The notes under the pieces were generated by a model that saw nothing but the letters and a program-made list of their open reading frames with translations, was not told the DNA's origin and ran no database searches. Shown here piece after piece: positions 19,464-58,868 of a stretch of DNA of 64,000 nt (position 1 is its first letter; every line of letters begins with the position of its first letter). Source of the stretch: Amoebidium appalachense (lineage: Eukaryota > Protista > Ichthyosporea); the NCBI GenBank assembly GCA_963693365.1, contig CAVNZM010000010.1:4090159-4154158 (forward strand). The letters are read 5' to 3'. Position numbers and translations under genes: made by a program.

Positions 19464-20554
19464 TTCACGGCGACCCTGCTCATTCACACAAGTATATGCA
19501 CGTGCACCCGAGCGCGTGACGCACACACAGGCACACTCACAGTGTCACACACACACACACACACACTACACACATGCAACGGTTAACTATTTCTAAATTA
19601 TGGATTTATTGGGGGCAAGATTAACCTGCTCACCGTGCAGTGTTATAGAGGTCATGGATTGTAAAGCCATCGGGAAAGCCGCTGTTAAAACAATAAAAAA
19701 AGTAGGAAAAGTAATGCATGGTGGCAGGGGGTTCAGTAATTCAGAGTAGTGGTAGTGGAGGGGAGGTCAGAAGAAGGTAATATTCCGGTGCAAGATCATC
19801 GGCTGAGAAATGTATTTGTCAACATCATGATCAGCGGCGGAGACACAGTCACCTGAGCAGCTTCTGTTTTTCTAGAACTAGTCTATCTATGTTGCCTCCT
19901 ATCTGGCGAAATAGACTGCATTACATCAGTTCTTATACTTAGAGTATATAATACAATAACCATGCAAAAAAAAAAAACTAAAAAAAAACAACTTTCAAGC
20001 CTGCCTGAGACATGAATGTGCACTGGAACGGCTACCCAGACTCCTACTAATAAAATCAATACTTCAGTTTAGACTTCATTATTACATAGTCTTCTTAATC
20101 AACGACTATGCAACAAAAAATTTTTCTTCCTGGCATACGTGAAAAGGGGTGGGAAGGCTGCCCGCAACAAAAGAGCCCACAAATCGCGTAGTAAACTCCA
20201 TACGACTATAACCCGTAACAGAGCGGGAGATTAACGGCTACGAGCTTTAGTTACATAAATTAGTTATGATTACGTCATTCATTCACATATATCCCCCCCC
20301 CCCTCCCCCCCCCAACCACCACCATACACCCACACCCACAACTTTGTTGGAATGGATAGTCTGCAAGATCTCTCTTTTTGTTGTTGATGTTGTTGTGGGT
20401 GTGTGTGTGTGGTGGTGGGTGGGGGAAGAGTTGGAAGAAGAAGTAATAAAAAGAAATCTCCAAAAAGCTTTTGGTGCATTTTCACCAAGTTCCCCACACG
20501 TCGATCTTTAACATTTGGACCGACATTTATCCAACGGGCCACACACATAAACCA

Positions 20555-20593
<39 letters not shown>

Positions 20594-20743
20594 AAGAAAG
20601 GCCCCTGAAAACCAACCCAAAAATATCACCACCACAAAGAAGAAGAGAACATGCAAGACGAGGCAAAAAAAACCCCCCACCCTAGACAAAGAAAACTATG
20701 AACGAGAACGACCGTAAGGCATACGGCCATACAAGTAAATAAT

Positions 20744-35831
<15,088 letters not shown>

Positions 35832-36108
35832 TTTCGGGTTTTCTGTCGTTTTAAAAAGGGGAAATATATGAGATAGTTTTGTTGGAGGCTCGAATTACAG
35901 CAAACCGAGCAACGTTCTGTTGACGTAGAAGTCAGGAAAAGTTAAAAAAAAAAAAAAAAAAAAAAAATAAGTAAAAAGATTAGAGCATTCAAGAGATTCA
36001 AAATATACATTAGGTATAACATACTGATAACCCTTTGCTGCACAAGAAAGATAAGAAAAACATTAAAAAAATAAACATAAAACACTGAAACTGTAGAAAG
36101 AATAAATG

Positions 36109-37583
36109 TCAAGTATACAAAAGACCTGCAGAACTAACCCAAAACATTTGCAATTACTATTTCCGTACTTATATCCCACGTGCGCGATTCTCGTGACTAA
36201 ATCCCACATATGGATATTACTTGTGCTATTTGACCATTGCTTCTTTCTTAAGGTAACAAACCTTAGATAATGTTCCCATTAAATACCCTACGAAGTTTCC
36301 ATGATAGCCTTTAATAGGTATCCACTAAAGGAGGAATGGTATACCTTTCTGCAGCTCTCTGAAGGCGAAGCATTTCTTGTCACGTTCCAACAGCTGCGGA
36401 ATAAAAAGACAGTGTCAACGGACATGCAGAACCAATTAAAACCTCACATTAAATATCGAGTTACATAACAGAGAAACAGTGAAGGTAAAAGCCACAAAAA
36501 AAAAAAAAAAAAAAAAAAAAAAAGGAAAGAAGGGGATTGACAAATCAAGCACCTAAAACTGTGCCCGCTTCTACTTATTATAGGATTACGTGGGGTTCTT
36601 CGTTTCACACACAAAAGGACCCTTGTGCATGTGCGTTCCAAGAGCACAGATGCGAGCACAGGAAACAAAGTAAAGTCAACAAAAAATAATAAAAGAAGAA
36701 AACGAATACTAAGGAAAAGGCAAACCACCACAAAATGTATCTCAACGAACACATGCACACACAAAAACCGATTCATGTATATACAGACGACACACACACA
36801 CATACAGCAAAGACAAGAGTACGCATGGGTGCCAAAACACAAGCTAGGCAATGTGTGCCGCCCCACAAAATCACTGGCCGTGAGTGAGACTTCATACATA
36901 ATAATAATAAAAAACATGCAAACACACACGAACCCACTTGACATTTTGTCACGACTCCAAGTGCATTTATAGTCGCAACGAAATTACAAAAACGAAATCT
37001 CAATTACCCAATCAAAGATCACATGCACGAACCGGATTCCTATACGACAATTTGCATGTTCAAAAAGGCGCGCACAAGCATCAAAACCAATCGGCATCAG
37101 CGCGGGTTCATGCGTCTACACTTGTACATTCAGGGTGAAAAAGCATACCCGCATGTACATGCATGCACATGCCTATCCCAGACACGTGCACACGATCACA
37201 CAGATGCAACATGAATGGGCAAACACACCCAAGAATGTGCGTGTTTGTAAGCTGAGGCAAGTTTGCACACACAAACACACACACACGCACACACGCACAC
37301 ACGCACGCACAGATACTCAAACACACACATGCACACACGCAATACACACACACATCAACGCGCGCGGGCGCGCACGCACACACACACACACAAACACACA
37401 CATGGACGCACCGAGACACACCGGTGCGTGCACGCAAAGCGTAACATGCTCCCTACCCTTCACACTTCTAATTAAATAACTTCACCCACCGCTTCCAAAC
37501 ACACACACACCCAGCACCCCATATGCACACATGCACGCACGCACAGACACGTACGCACACGCACGCACGCACGCACGCACGCA

Positions 37584-37628
<45 letters not shown>

Positions 37629-38038
37629 ACCTGCTGTACGATGACATCCCTCCACAGAGCCTTTCCCCCCAACTCAGGAAATATCGAAACAAAATCCACC
37701 TCCTGGTTGTCCGCATCCATCCCCAACGGGTCCCATCTGCTGTTTCTTAACTTCAAACTGCTCCTCAGAGCGGCAGCATGCATGGGCGAGTCTGCTGCAT
37801 TCTTAGCGTTTTCCCCACACCCATCACTATGTACGCTGGGTGTGCTACTCACTACGTGAACAACATTATCACCAGGGTAGATTATTGATCCCGGTTTGGT
37901 GTATTTCAAGTGACTGGAAACTAGGCGTGTGGAGGAATCGGTGCTTTCGAGCGTGCCGACGGAGGATGGGGTCACCAGAGACCCACTGTCTGTGTCTGTG
38001 CAGTCTGAGATGTCCATGGTGGAAAAACATGTATGCAA
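36109..38038 (-). CDS. Small hypothetical 3-exon protein (~150-157 aa, Ser/Thr-rich N-terminus)
   Basis: Exons 38038 (or 38017)-37631, 36393-36345, 36125-36109, with canonical sites (cag|gtacg, ccgcag|, aaag|gtata, ctgcag|) and phases 0/1. No recognisable domain. Confidence 0.45.
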
Positions 38039-39437
38039 GAGGTAGTTTTTTTCTTGCCGTAAGATGATCGAACTATATAGAGAAAGTGCGGCGTATAAGT
38101 GGCTTAATTCTGCGAATTCGCCTAAAGAAAAAAAATGGGGTGTGTGTGTGTGTGTGTATAGGCGTAATGTTTAGAGCCCGCGAACCCAATGGTAAGGACT
38201 TGGCAATCCCACAAGAATATAATGACCTGATTGTATTCGGATGTTACATAGAGACGGGAGCCGAAAATAAGAGGCATAGAATGAATTAACGCAAGGTGCG
38301 AACCAACAGACTTTCCTTTCCTCCTGTACCGTTGGTCGGCGGTCCGCTAAACCTTGTAGCTCGTGGGAAACTGCTAGCAAAAGCTTCGAGTTGTTTGGGA
38401 CGTATAGTGATAGCGTAGTGGTAGCAAAGAAGTTTCTTTCAAGGCGGGCTACTGTGTGATCAAAACATACTACTTAAGTATGATGAGTACTTGCAAAAGT
38501 TTACCAAGGCAGACACACACGCGCAACAAAGTATAGACCTTATCTGCAAAGGCGTACACAAGATGTTGTGTGCCTACCGTGCTATTTGTGCACCAAACCT
38601 AACTATGTTGGCATACGTGCTCTACTAGCACTGATCACTATATGCTATAGGGCTGTATGGTAGTTAAAACAAAGCTACTGTAAGAGCCAGAAAGTAAGTC
38701 AGGAAAAACAATTGTTGCAAACTACGAGTGTTTTCCGCTAGTCTGTAGGATTCTTGCCCTCCGCTCACAGGCCGTCAGCCCTACTTGCCGGGTTTGGGGT
38801 GCCTATCACGGAAGAATGGGATTATCTATTTTTGGTATATCTTTAAGCTATCCAACTTTTGACTAGTCTGAATTTCTATTGCGCATGAATATAGATAAAA
38901 AGAAGAAGAAAATAGAAGGAGTGTTGCAGAACATAAAAATAAAAATCCAACTGAATAAATCTGATAGGTAGAAAATTGTATCGAACCTGGACCGTCGGTG
39001 CCGCATCATGTATATTACATCTAGCCTATCTTGCTTTTAAATTAGATAAGAATCTCGCGTCTGAAACAGACGCAGAATATAAGGTTATATCTGCAATTCA
39101 AGCGGGTATTCGCGGCTGGCACAGTGGCACTTGCAACAATTACAGACTCAGAGAAGAAATATAATAACAGCGAAAAGAATAATAACAGCTGGCCCGTATT
39201 TCTTCCAGCTCAGTAGTCTGTTATAGCTCTCAGTATACATAGATGTGCCTATCTTATCTGTAGAACTGTTCGCGGTTCTGCTTCTATCATTTTTTTCTGG
39301 CTTCAGCGATTTCAGAAATTCTGGTTGCAAAGCGTCATCTGATTGGATTCATGCTTTTAACCTTCCTTCCAAACCCGCGAACAGAGGAATACGTGATTGT
39401 TACCCAATGAAAGGCTCGCCTGGTACAATTTCTATCC

Positions 39438-40310
39438 ATGGATCATGCCTCGCTGATCTTTCCACCAATCGTTCGGGTCCGCAAACAGCCATTTCTGGGA
39501 TATTTTGTGGGAAATGCCCAACGGACTGGGGGTGCTCAAATAAGGTACAGCAAACGGGAACAAAACAACACAGGACCGGAAGCACAGCTCCCGGCAGAGT
39601 TCCTAGAATATGCGAACTCTCGTAAAACACCCGAGCTCCGCCAAATTGCCAAGGAAACATATGCCAGCATTCTTGCAGGCAACGAGTACCGCCGCAACTC
39701 CCCTCCCAAACCGCCGGCTAAGGGGAACACCCAAGCAAACGGTAACATCAACATCCCACCCAAATACGAGAGGGTGTATTTCAAAGTCAAGCACGGCAGA
39801 CGCCCACACAGGGCCATGTGGTCCATCTTCAAGGCTCTCGGCTTCCGGTGCTCTCGCATCCTTTGTCTGTCCTTCATTGGATACGATGTGCTGGAAGTAG
39901 CAGTACGGGGCGACTATAACCGTGCGTTCATCCGTGACGCGACAAAGGGGTGTGGAAGCTTCTTCACCCACCTCCCAAGCTACGACCCATGCGCGCCGGA
40001 AAACATTCAGAAAGCAGACAAAGAACGTAAAGTGTCTGCTAAGAATGCGTGCGCCACACGTTGTCGTGTACGCATCAGCAAGGCAAAAGAGTTCCTCGCA
40101 AAGTTGGAAAACGATGCTACGAGCGTGATAGACACGGACACGAAGGAACCAATGTTTTCTGGTGAGAAACTGCTCGAGCGCAAACGCCGATGCGAGATGG
40201 AAATCGAGCTCTTCTGCGAACTGTTCGCGCTGGCGGAAGGTCGTGCATACGACCCCGTAAGCGACAAGTGGGAACCAACCCCACAGGTGTCGGACCAAAC
40301 CGATGCCTAA
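39438..40310 (+). CDS. LINE ORF1 protein (290 aa, putative nucleic-acid chaperone)
   Basis: Uninterrupted, intronless, basic ORF directly upstream of and overlapping ORF2; assigned mainly by position. Confidence 0.7.
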   Translation: MDHASLIFPPIVRVRKQPFLGYFVGNAQRTGGAQIRYSKREQNNTGPEAQLPAEFLEYANSRKTPELRQIAKETYASILAGNEYRRNSPPKPPAKGNTQANGNINIPPKYERVYFKVKHGRRPHRAMWSIFKALGFRCSRILCLSFIGYDVLEVAVRGDYNRAFIRDATKGCGSFFTHLPSYDPCAPENIQKADKERKVSAKNACATRCRVRISKAKEFLAKLENDATSVIDTDTKEPMFSGEKLLERKRRCEMEIELFCELFALAEGRAYDPVSDKWEPTPQVSDQTDA

Positions 40311-43300
40311 TTTATCCTTCTTCTTCTGGAATGCTCGGACACTGGGCCCCCAAAAGGGCCTCCCCCCCGGGACACTCGACGATAAAATCAGCTACATACA
40401 ACAACAGACAAACAACCACACGTTTACAGTGATTTGCGAAACACAGTTTAAAAACCACCACAAATTCAACTCTACATTGGTCGACACATCCACACACCCC
40501 GGTTACGCGAAAAACCGAGGCATTATTGTACTTGCCGCACCACACGTGAGAGTGAAGTGCAAACCGGTAGCAAAAACGGAATTCTCGGTTTCTATAGAGT
40601 TTCTTTCTAATGTTTTTACTTTTGTATATTACCCACCATCTATGTCGGTTGTCGAATTGACTCACGAGTTGTCACAGTTACCAATGTCCACTGTTATTTT
40701 AGGTGATTTTAACACGCGACTCCACCACACAGACACACTGCAAGTGAGTGTCGGGTACCCATCTAAGCCCCCGGAGCGTGCTATCCCTTTAGCAAGGTAT
40801 GTCCAAAGTCACACTTTGCGGTTCCCTCAAATATCCCATGCCCACAACACCGACTGGGGAGTGGCCTTTTGGCCATCAACCATGTCAAAACTCTCTCTCC
40901 CTCCTAACCTCTCTAGGTCATCTGACCACTCTCCTATCCTTTTCCTACCTAAGATCTCCCTTGATCTGCTCCCCCCTCCCCCTCCCACCTTTCGCCTCCG
41001 TCTATCCCAGCTTAAGTCACAGTGGGGTAGAGTTGATGTATGTGTATGCTATGCTACGAAACACCCTATATATATGCGCCTATTAGAATCTGCACAAGCC
41101 AGGCCAGATTCACATCTCGTACTAGATACATGCACTAACTTTATTGTTGATGATTTGATAGATCTCGGTGATTATGCTGGCGGTGGTAGGAAGGAATATC
41201 CCGATGCTCTCTTGTTACCAAACACCACTCCCGCTAGACTAGGTGAACCCCTGTCTCAAAAGGAAAGCTTGCGCCGGCTTGCTAGTATGAATCGATTTGG
41301 CCCCCCTGCTCGTATTATTGGTGATACCACTGGAGACCCCCTCATAGACTCTGATAAGTATTTCTCGGAACTGTTTAAAGATAGGACCCCCGCTCAGAAA
41401 CCTATTGTGTGGCCTGTAGACCCATCTATCCCCATAGAATCGATCCTCCCCTTTTTCAGTCCCGATGCCATATGGTCTGTGATATCTAGTTATAGCTCTA
41501 GTAAGTCTTGTGGACCTGATGGACTCCCTGCTGGGTTTCTTAAAATCCTTGTTCCCTCCTACCCACAAAAGGAAAGTGATCGTGCTATTAAACCTGATCT
41601 TACTATCATGTTAAGCTCTCTCTTTTCTTGGTGTGTTAAATGTGGACATGTCCCGTCATCTTGGTTAGATACCTTAGTGATCCCCATAGTTAAGAAGGAC
41701 TCTGAGGGCCCCATATCATCCTTTCGCCCCATTACACTAACCCAGGTTGTTCGTAGATTCTTTGAAGCTTGCTTACTTAGGTTATTTGCACATCACCCTA
41801 GGTTTCAATCTATTCTTCACATACACCCATGCCAATCCGCTTTTCGTAAAAACAATTCATGTTATGTTCAAATAATGGCACTGCACGATTCTATGCAAGT
41901 TGGTGCACAATATGTTGGCTTTATTGATTGGAAAACTGCTTACGATTCTGTCTCCCCTGGTCTCCTATGGGAAAAGCTTGCTGCACGGGGTGTACCACAC
42001 TGCATTGGTGTTCTGTTAGAAGCACTCTTGTCTCAAACCTATGGTAGAGCTGTGGTTAATGGGCATCTTTCATATGGTTTTGCTCGTACTAGAGGTCTCT
42101 TGCAGGGTTCATTGCTTAGCCCCTTTTTGTTTAACCTATTTATAGATGATTTGGCTGTCAAGATTTACGCCGAAAACGATGACCCTATTAATAACTTTCC
42201 GCCTGCACTTCTCTATGCTGATGATCTGTCCCTCCTTGCCCGTACCCCTAGACGCCTGCAAAGATTGTTCGATGTAGTGTCAGAGTGGTGCAAGGCAAAC
42301 CTTATGATCCTTAACATAGACAAATGTGGTGTTCTTGTACCTGATATAGCTAACAATTTACACACATTTACATTATCATCTAAACCTGTACCTATAGTTC
42401 CAGAATACAAATATCTTGGTGTTCCGGTTGATTCTGTTGGTGTTATGTTTCCCCATATGGTCGAAAAGAGGGTAGAGTTGGCTCGTAAGCGGTTAGCTTT
42501 CTTCTCGGCTAATATTTTTAAAGACACACCCCTCCATCCTTCTATTAGACTTACATTTATTCGCACTTTTGTCTTCCCGGCATGTGAATATGGTTTACCC
42601 CTTCTCGCCGCTTGGATCAAGAAAGAGAGAACTAGAGCGCTTAAACCCTTGGCAAATTTCCTTGAAGCAGAAGTTGCCTCCTTTCTATCTAACAACTGTT
42701 GTAAACCTGGGCCTGTAACGCTCTCGATATATGGTCTGGTCCCAATAGCTGCTAGAGTATCCTATCTCGCGCTGAAATTCAATAAGCACATAAGCCGCTT
42801 AAAGAAGTATTTGCCCTCCCACCCTCTCTTCTCTATCCGACCTGTCCCCTCCTCACCTCTCCCCTCTTTCCTCCCCTCTCTCTCCCCTTCTCCCCTGGGC
42901 ACAAATACAAATAAACCCCGCAATAGTGTGTGTGTGACTTTGGACTGCCACTTACTTATTAAACATGTACACAATCACAAGATAATCACGCAATATAACA
43001 AATGGAAAAAGATACCACACGACACTAGACCCGATGAAAGCATACACCTTGAAAAACTAAGCCTTATGTCTCGTTTTATATATACTGACCGCCTCAACCA
43101 TATTGCCAAATATGGCACTCGCAAGTGTATAACACCTAAATACATATTACCTTCCTGTAGAACTGGTCTTTCTCTAGCTGATGGTATTATTGATCAATTA
43201 CCACGCTTTTACTGTACACGTGCTATACAGTGGAGATCTAATAAGTATAAGGTGGCATCATTTGCATGCCCAAACAACACACACACACACCAGTTTAACC

Positions 43301-43497
43301 GGTCATGTATCGCCAAATGTAGTTTGATAGACCACATAATACCGCAACACACACACGTCACATTCACAACAGACACCCAGAAAGATAGCCTACCTGTAAA
43401 TTACAACATCCTTGATTTTATACTAAACACGCGTAACTACGACCTGTTTATTAGGTGTATTGATTGGCTTGAGAAACACATCACTACAAAATTATAG
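40303..43497 (+). CDS. LINE ORF2: APE endonuclease plus reverse transcriptase (1064 aa)
   Basis: APE motifs FWNARTL, ICETQ, VYYPP, ILGDFN, SDHSPI. RT motifs GPDGLP, FRPITL, QSAFRK, FIDWKTAYDSV, GLLQGSLLSPFLFNLFIDDL, LYADD, YKYLGV. Cys/His-rich C-terminus. Confidence 0.96.
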   Translation: MPNLSFFFWNARTLGPQKGLPPGTLDDKISYIQQQTNNHTFTVICETQFKNHHKFNSTLVDTSTHPGYAKNRGIIVLAAPHVRVKCKPVAKTEFSVSIEFLSNVFTFVYYPPSMSVVELTHELSQLPMSTVILGDFNTRLHHTDTLQVSVGYPSKPPERAIPLARYVQSHTLRFPQISHAHNTDWGVAFWPSTMSKLSLPPNLSRSSDHSPILFLPKISLDLLPPPPPTFRLRLSQLKSQWGRVDVCVCYATKHPIYMRLLESAQARPDSHLVLDTCTNFIVDDLIDLGDYAGGGRKEYPDALLLPNTTPARLGEPLSQKESLRRLASMNRFGPPARIIGDTTGDPLIDSDKYFSELFKDRTPAQKPIVWPVDPSIPIESILPFFSPDAIWSVISSYSSSKSCGPDGLPAGFLKILVPSYPQKESDRAIKPDLTIMLSSLFSWCVKCGHVPSSWLDTLVIPIVKKDSEGPISSFRPITLTQVVRRFFEACLLRLFAHHPRFQSILHIHPCQSAFRKNNSCYVQIMALHDSMQVGAQYVGFIDWKTAYDSVSPGLLWEKLAARGVPHCIGVLLEALLSQTYGRAVVNGHLSYGFARTRGLLQGSLLSPFLFNLFIDDLAVKIYAENDDPINNFPPALLYADDLSLLARTPRRLQRLFDVVSEWCKANLMILNIDKCGVLVPDIANNLHTFTLSSKPVPIVPEYKYLGVPVDSVGVMFPHMVEKRVELARKRLAFFSANIFKDTPLHPSIRLTFIRTFVFPACEYGLPLLAAWIKKERTRALKPLANFLEAEVASFLSNNCCKPGPVTLSIYGLVPIAARVSYLALKFNKHISRLKKYLPSHPLFSIRPVPSSPLPSFLPSLSPSPLGTNTNKPRNSVCVTLDCHLLIKHVHNHKIITQYNKWKKIPHDTRPDESIHLEKLSLMSRFIYTDRLNHIAKYGTRKCITPKYILPSCRTGLSLADGIIDQLPRFYCTRAIQWRSNKYKVASFACPNNTHTHQFNRSCIAKCSLIDHIIPQHTHVTFTTDTQKDSLPVNYNILDFILNTRNYDLFIRCIDWLEKHITTKL

Positions 43498-43517
43498 CGC
43501 ACGCGCACACACACACA

Positions 43518-43574
<57 letters not shown>

Positions 43575-43607
43575 CCAGCTGATACCGAGTGTCCCGAGGG
43601 GAGCCCC

Positions 43608-43652
<45 letters not shown>

Positions 43653-44257
43653 GGGGAACCCCAACTAATTGATTTCTCCTTGTAGTCTTTATGGTGTCTC
43701 GTAGAGAAAGTAAACCCTGATATATAGTCACCACCCGACATCTATGTACGTGATCATGATATACCGCTGAGGGGATATTCCGAGCAAAACCCCCCCCCCC
43801 ATACCTGAGACTGGTTCTCTTTGCCTCGAGTAAACAGCGTAAACCCCCAAACACATATAGGGTATTTGCTTCTTAAAAGTCAGAAACTTTGCAGTTAACA
43901 GATATTCAAGCTTTTTTATAAACCACATACAGAGACGATTATTCTACATATATATGGTATAATATCAAATATAACGAGATCAGTCTCAACAAACTCATTT
44001 TCCCTCGGGCGGTCTACCGCTTTCGAAGTTTGCTCACTCACTGCAGGTCGTGCACGTGGGGAACATGAATAGACAGTCGTGACTTCCTTCTGTCGAAAGA
44101 ACCTTTAGAAAACAAACCTTTTAACTTCAGACACATACTATAATTCGACCCCGTGGTATTAGCTCGGCATATAAACAATTGTGTTTCAAACAAACTTATT
44201 CATATAACAGATAAGAACAACAACACAAATAGAGCCGAAAACACAAAGACTTCTATA

Positions 44258-45036
44258 CAGGGCTAGAAATTACATTTTAGGATTACTGTATTTTGGCACC
44301 TGGCGGGTCGCCGCCTATTTTTGCCCGGAGATATGTAATTACGTCCTTTTTTACTTCCCTATATCTATCCGATATATGTATACCTATCCGGCGCCGAGGG
44401 GCCTTCGGCCCCACACCGGACCCCCCGTATGATTCATTGGCAATATCATAATCTTGCGTCTATAATACTATAATATAAAATATCCTGCCATAGTATTCCT
44501 AACAAATATGTGTGCCTTATGTTTGAGGGCAATTTACTATGTTGGCTGCTCCTTTCGAGCCTCACCGTTGGCAATATTAATGCCATCTGTTGAACTTTAT
44601 ATCTCTATAAATTTGTAGATTGAATGCAATATATTATATACAAAATGCAACAAGTCCAGAAAGCAGACATAATTTGATATTGAGTGGATAACCTAAGCTG
44701 CATTTTCCATATGCCATGTCCGGATATTGAGATAACTTTTTGCGTTATTAATATTGCAAGTTCCAGCGTTTTCCCCGAAGAAAAAACCGAGAGTTCCAAT
44801 TTCGGGCGGTGGGGGAGAAGGGGGGGGGGGGGAGGGGGGGGGGGGGGGGGGAGGGGGGGAGGGGGGGCATATGGGAAGGGGGGGGGGGGGGGGGGGGGAA
44901 AGGGGGGACTTTCCTTTTTATTTACTTCCCAAACCTCCAACTCAGGTGGCCATGAAACTAAGTCCCAGGCTTTACTGGTAATTACTGAAAATTAACGGTA
45001 TATTTACTTCCGAAAACAGTGTAATTTCCTGCCCTG
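44258..45036. mobile_element. Non-autonomous hAT-superfamily DNA transposon (779 bp)
   Basis: TIRs CAGGGCTAGAAATTACA / CAGGGCAGGAAATTACA (15/17 match); perfect 8-bp TSD CTTCTATA at 44250-44257 and 45037-45044; no transposase ORF. Confidence 0.9.
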
Positions 45037-46468
45037 CTTCTATAATCGTTTTTTCATGTGACCATGAAATTGTAGACCTTGCTTTGCATCCCCACAGCCA
45101 TTGGATAAACAAACAGCAAGGTTGATTGGCTTCCAGTGACGTCAAAAAGTGCTACCGGCTATATATATAAAAAAATGCGCACCCAACCTGTGTGTGTGTG
45201 GTGTGTGGGGGTTTGAATTGTGCCCACTTTCAGTGCGTGCGTGTGCAGATGAGTAGCAATGAAGCCGCCTTGACTGACTGACTGAGCAGCGCTGGCCTAC
45301 GTGCATGCCCGTGCACACGTGCTTATGGATGTGCATGCATGGAAGTGCCTGTGCTACTTGAATGTATGCACCGTATAAATGCGTGCTTGCATGGGCGAAG
45401 AAAGTGAGAGCGAGAGCTTGATATTGGAGCGTTAGCACATATGCACGTATTAACTCCATAACCTTCCCCGGGAGTCCCCCCCCCCTCCCCTCCCCCTCTT
45501 TTTCTTTTTGGCCGTGCAATGCACCGTGACAAGTACATAGCCCATTATCGGCCAAAGCTCGCTCCTTTGCCTACTACCAACCCCTGCACAGGGTTAAAGC
45601 ACGTACACTTGGCTATCGAATATGCGAAATATAGCTAGGTAAACCTGGGTGAGAGTGCAGGTATGAACTATCCACACGCATCTCCAGCATACCACTAGCT
45701 GCATTTTCCGGAATTTCAAAGTTCCCCAGACCAAATGGAACAACGCACTACGACGCGTGTACACATGCTGTTGACCACTGCGTTCGTGCGAATGCAACCT
45801 GCCAGGTGAGTGGCAGCTCTTCACCTCTTTCTCAAACATCTCCTGTCCACGATGATGATTTAAACTACAGCAAGTATCATACAAGCACATGTATACACAC
45901 GTCAACGTACCACTGGCTGGTTGAATCCCTACACTACGAGCGTGATACAAGACATTCGTTCGGCTGGTGGGATTTGACACTTCCGATAGAGTGAATGTGT
46001 CCGATTCGTAATTCGCACGGTCAGACATAACCCTCTCCTGTACTGTACAGCAAGCAAAATAGCAAAATACAAAAAACATTCAAACAAAAAGGCAGATGTT
46101 ACGCCATTTGGGACGACTCCCCCCCACCACCACCAGCATCTTACTCTCTCACTCGCCGGTATCGCCATCCTACCCCCCCCCCCCCCCCCCCCCCCCCCCT
46201 CCTCAAACACACACACATATACCATCACCATCGCACCATTACCATCGCCATCAAAAATTATGCAACACAGAACTTCATTGTACATCTTGTTGTGGAAGTA
46301 CTGTTGGCCTTGTGCCGACAACTCATAACAGCTCACCTACATGTTTTTAATAAACAGCACAATGCCCCCCCCACAGAACCCAACCACACAAACAAACAGT
46401 GTCACACGCATACACACACACTAAAACACACACACACAAGCATAAAAAATTTCTAACCCTGGCAGCAG

Positions 46469-58205
<11,737 letters not shown>

Positions 58206-58520
58206 TGAGGTTTATTACACGGTAGAAGATTGAAGTGAAAGTGGATGCCGAGTAAGTGATGAGTTAGATATACTCTGGCTGTGTGCTTGACGTTTTGGCC
58301 GCCGGTTTGCCACGAGAGGTTTACTAAGGCTTACCACGAAGAAAAAGACGGTCACAACGCCCCACCACCAGTGGCACCGAGTGTGGGCTAGCGCCGATGT
58401 GCACGTGAACCTTACAGTCCAGTCTGTCTAGACTGGCATGGTATGCGATTAGGTACCTTTCACATGTAATGATTCGTAGATCGAGTCTATTTGAAATCTT
58501 GAATAGATCTTGGGCCAGCT

Positions 58521-58768
58521 TACCATGGTTACAACGGGTGACGGAGAATTAGGGTTCGATTCCGGAGAGGGAGCCTGAGAAACGGCTACCACTTCCAAGG
58601 AAGGCAGCAGGCGCGCAAATTACCCAATCCTGACACAGGGAGGTAGTGACAAAAAATAACAATACAGGATCTCAAAAGGTCTTGTAATTGGAATGAGTAC
58701 AATTTAAACCCCTTAACGAGGAACAATTGGAGGGCAAGTCTGGTGCCAGCAGCCGCGGTAATTCCAGC
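58521..58768 (+). rRNA. Isolated 248-bp 18S rRNA gene fragment (non-functional, rDNA-derived insert)
   Basis: Universal eukaryotic SSU blocks TAGGGTTCGATTCCGGAGAGGGAGCCTGAGAAACGGCTACCAC, GGAAGGCAGCAGGCGCGCAAATTACCCAATCC and GGAGGGCAAGTCTGGTGCCAGCAGCCGCGGTAATTCCAGC; the flanks are not rDNA. Confidence 0.96.
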
Positions 58769-58868
58769 GCCCACAACTACGCCCACCAGCAAGGCCCTCC
58801 TAAAAGACTTCTACAATAAAGTTGGCCGCGGGGTTCGTTTTCATAAGCCTTAGGTGTCACTGTGGACT

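Larger units (their letters stand above)
39438..43651 (+). mobile_element. Two-ORF LINE (APE-RT) non-LTR retrotransposon, apparently intact; 5' boundary uncertain
   Basis: ORF1 and ORF2 overlap by 8 nt (ATGCCTAA). The short 3' UTR carries (CA)n and a 40-nt poly(A) at 43612-43651. No TSD identified. Confidence 0.92.

Noticed and set aside
38407-38465. tRNA-like A-box (TAGCGTAGTGGTAGCA)
   Set aside because: No B-box/T-loop (GGTTCGA) and no acceptor stem.
38077-43711. TAGAGAAAGT direct repeat as the LINE TSD
   Set aside because: The right copy is 50 bp beyond the poly(A), and a 10-bp match can arise by chance.
45911-46037. Possible exon MSDRANYESDTFTLSEV...QPAS with a gtacg donor
   Set aside because: No in-phase downstream exon or recognisable domain; may be SETD7 3' flank or non-coding.
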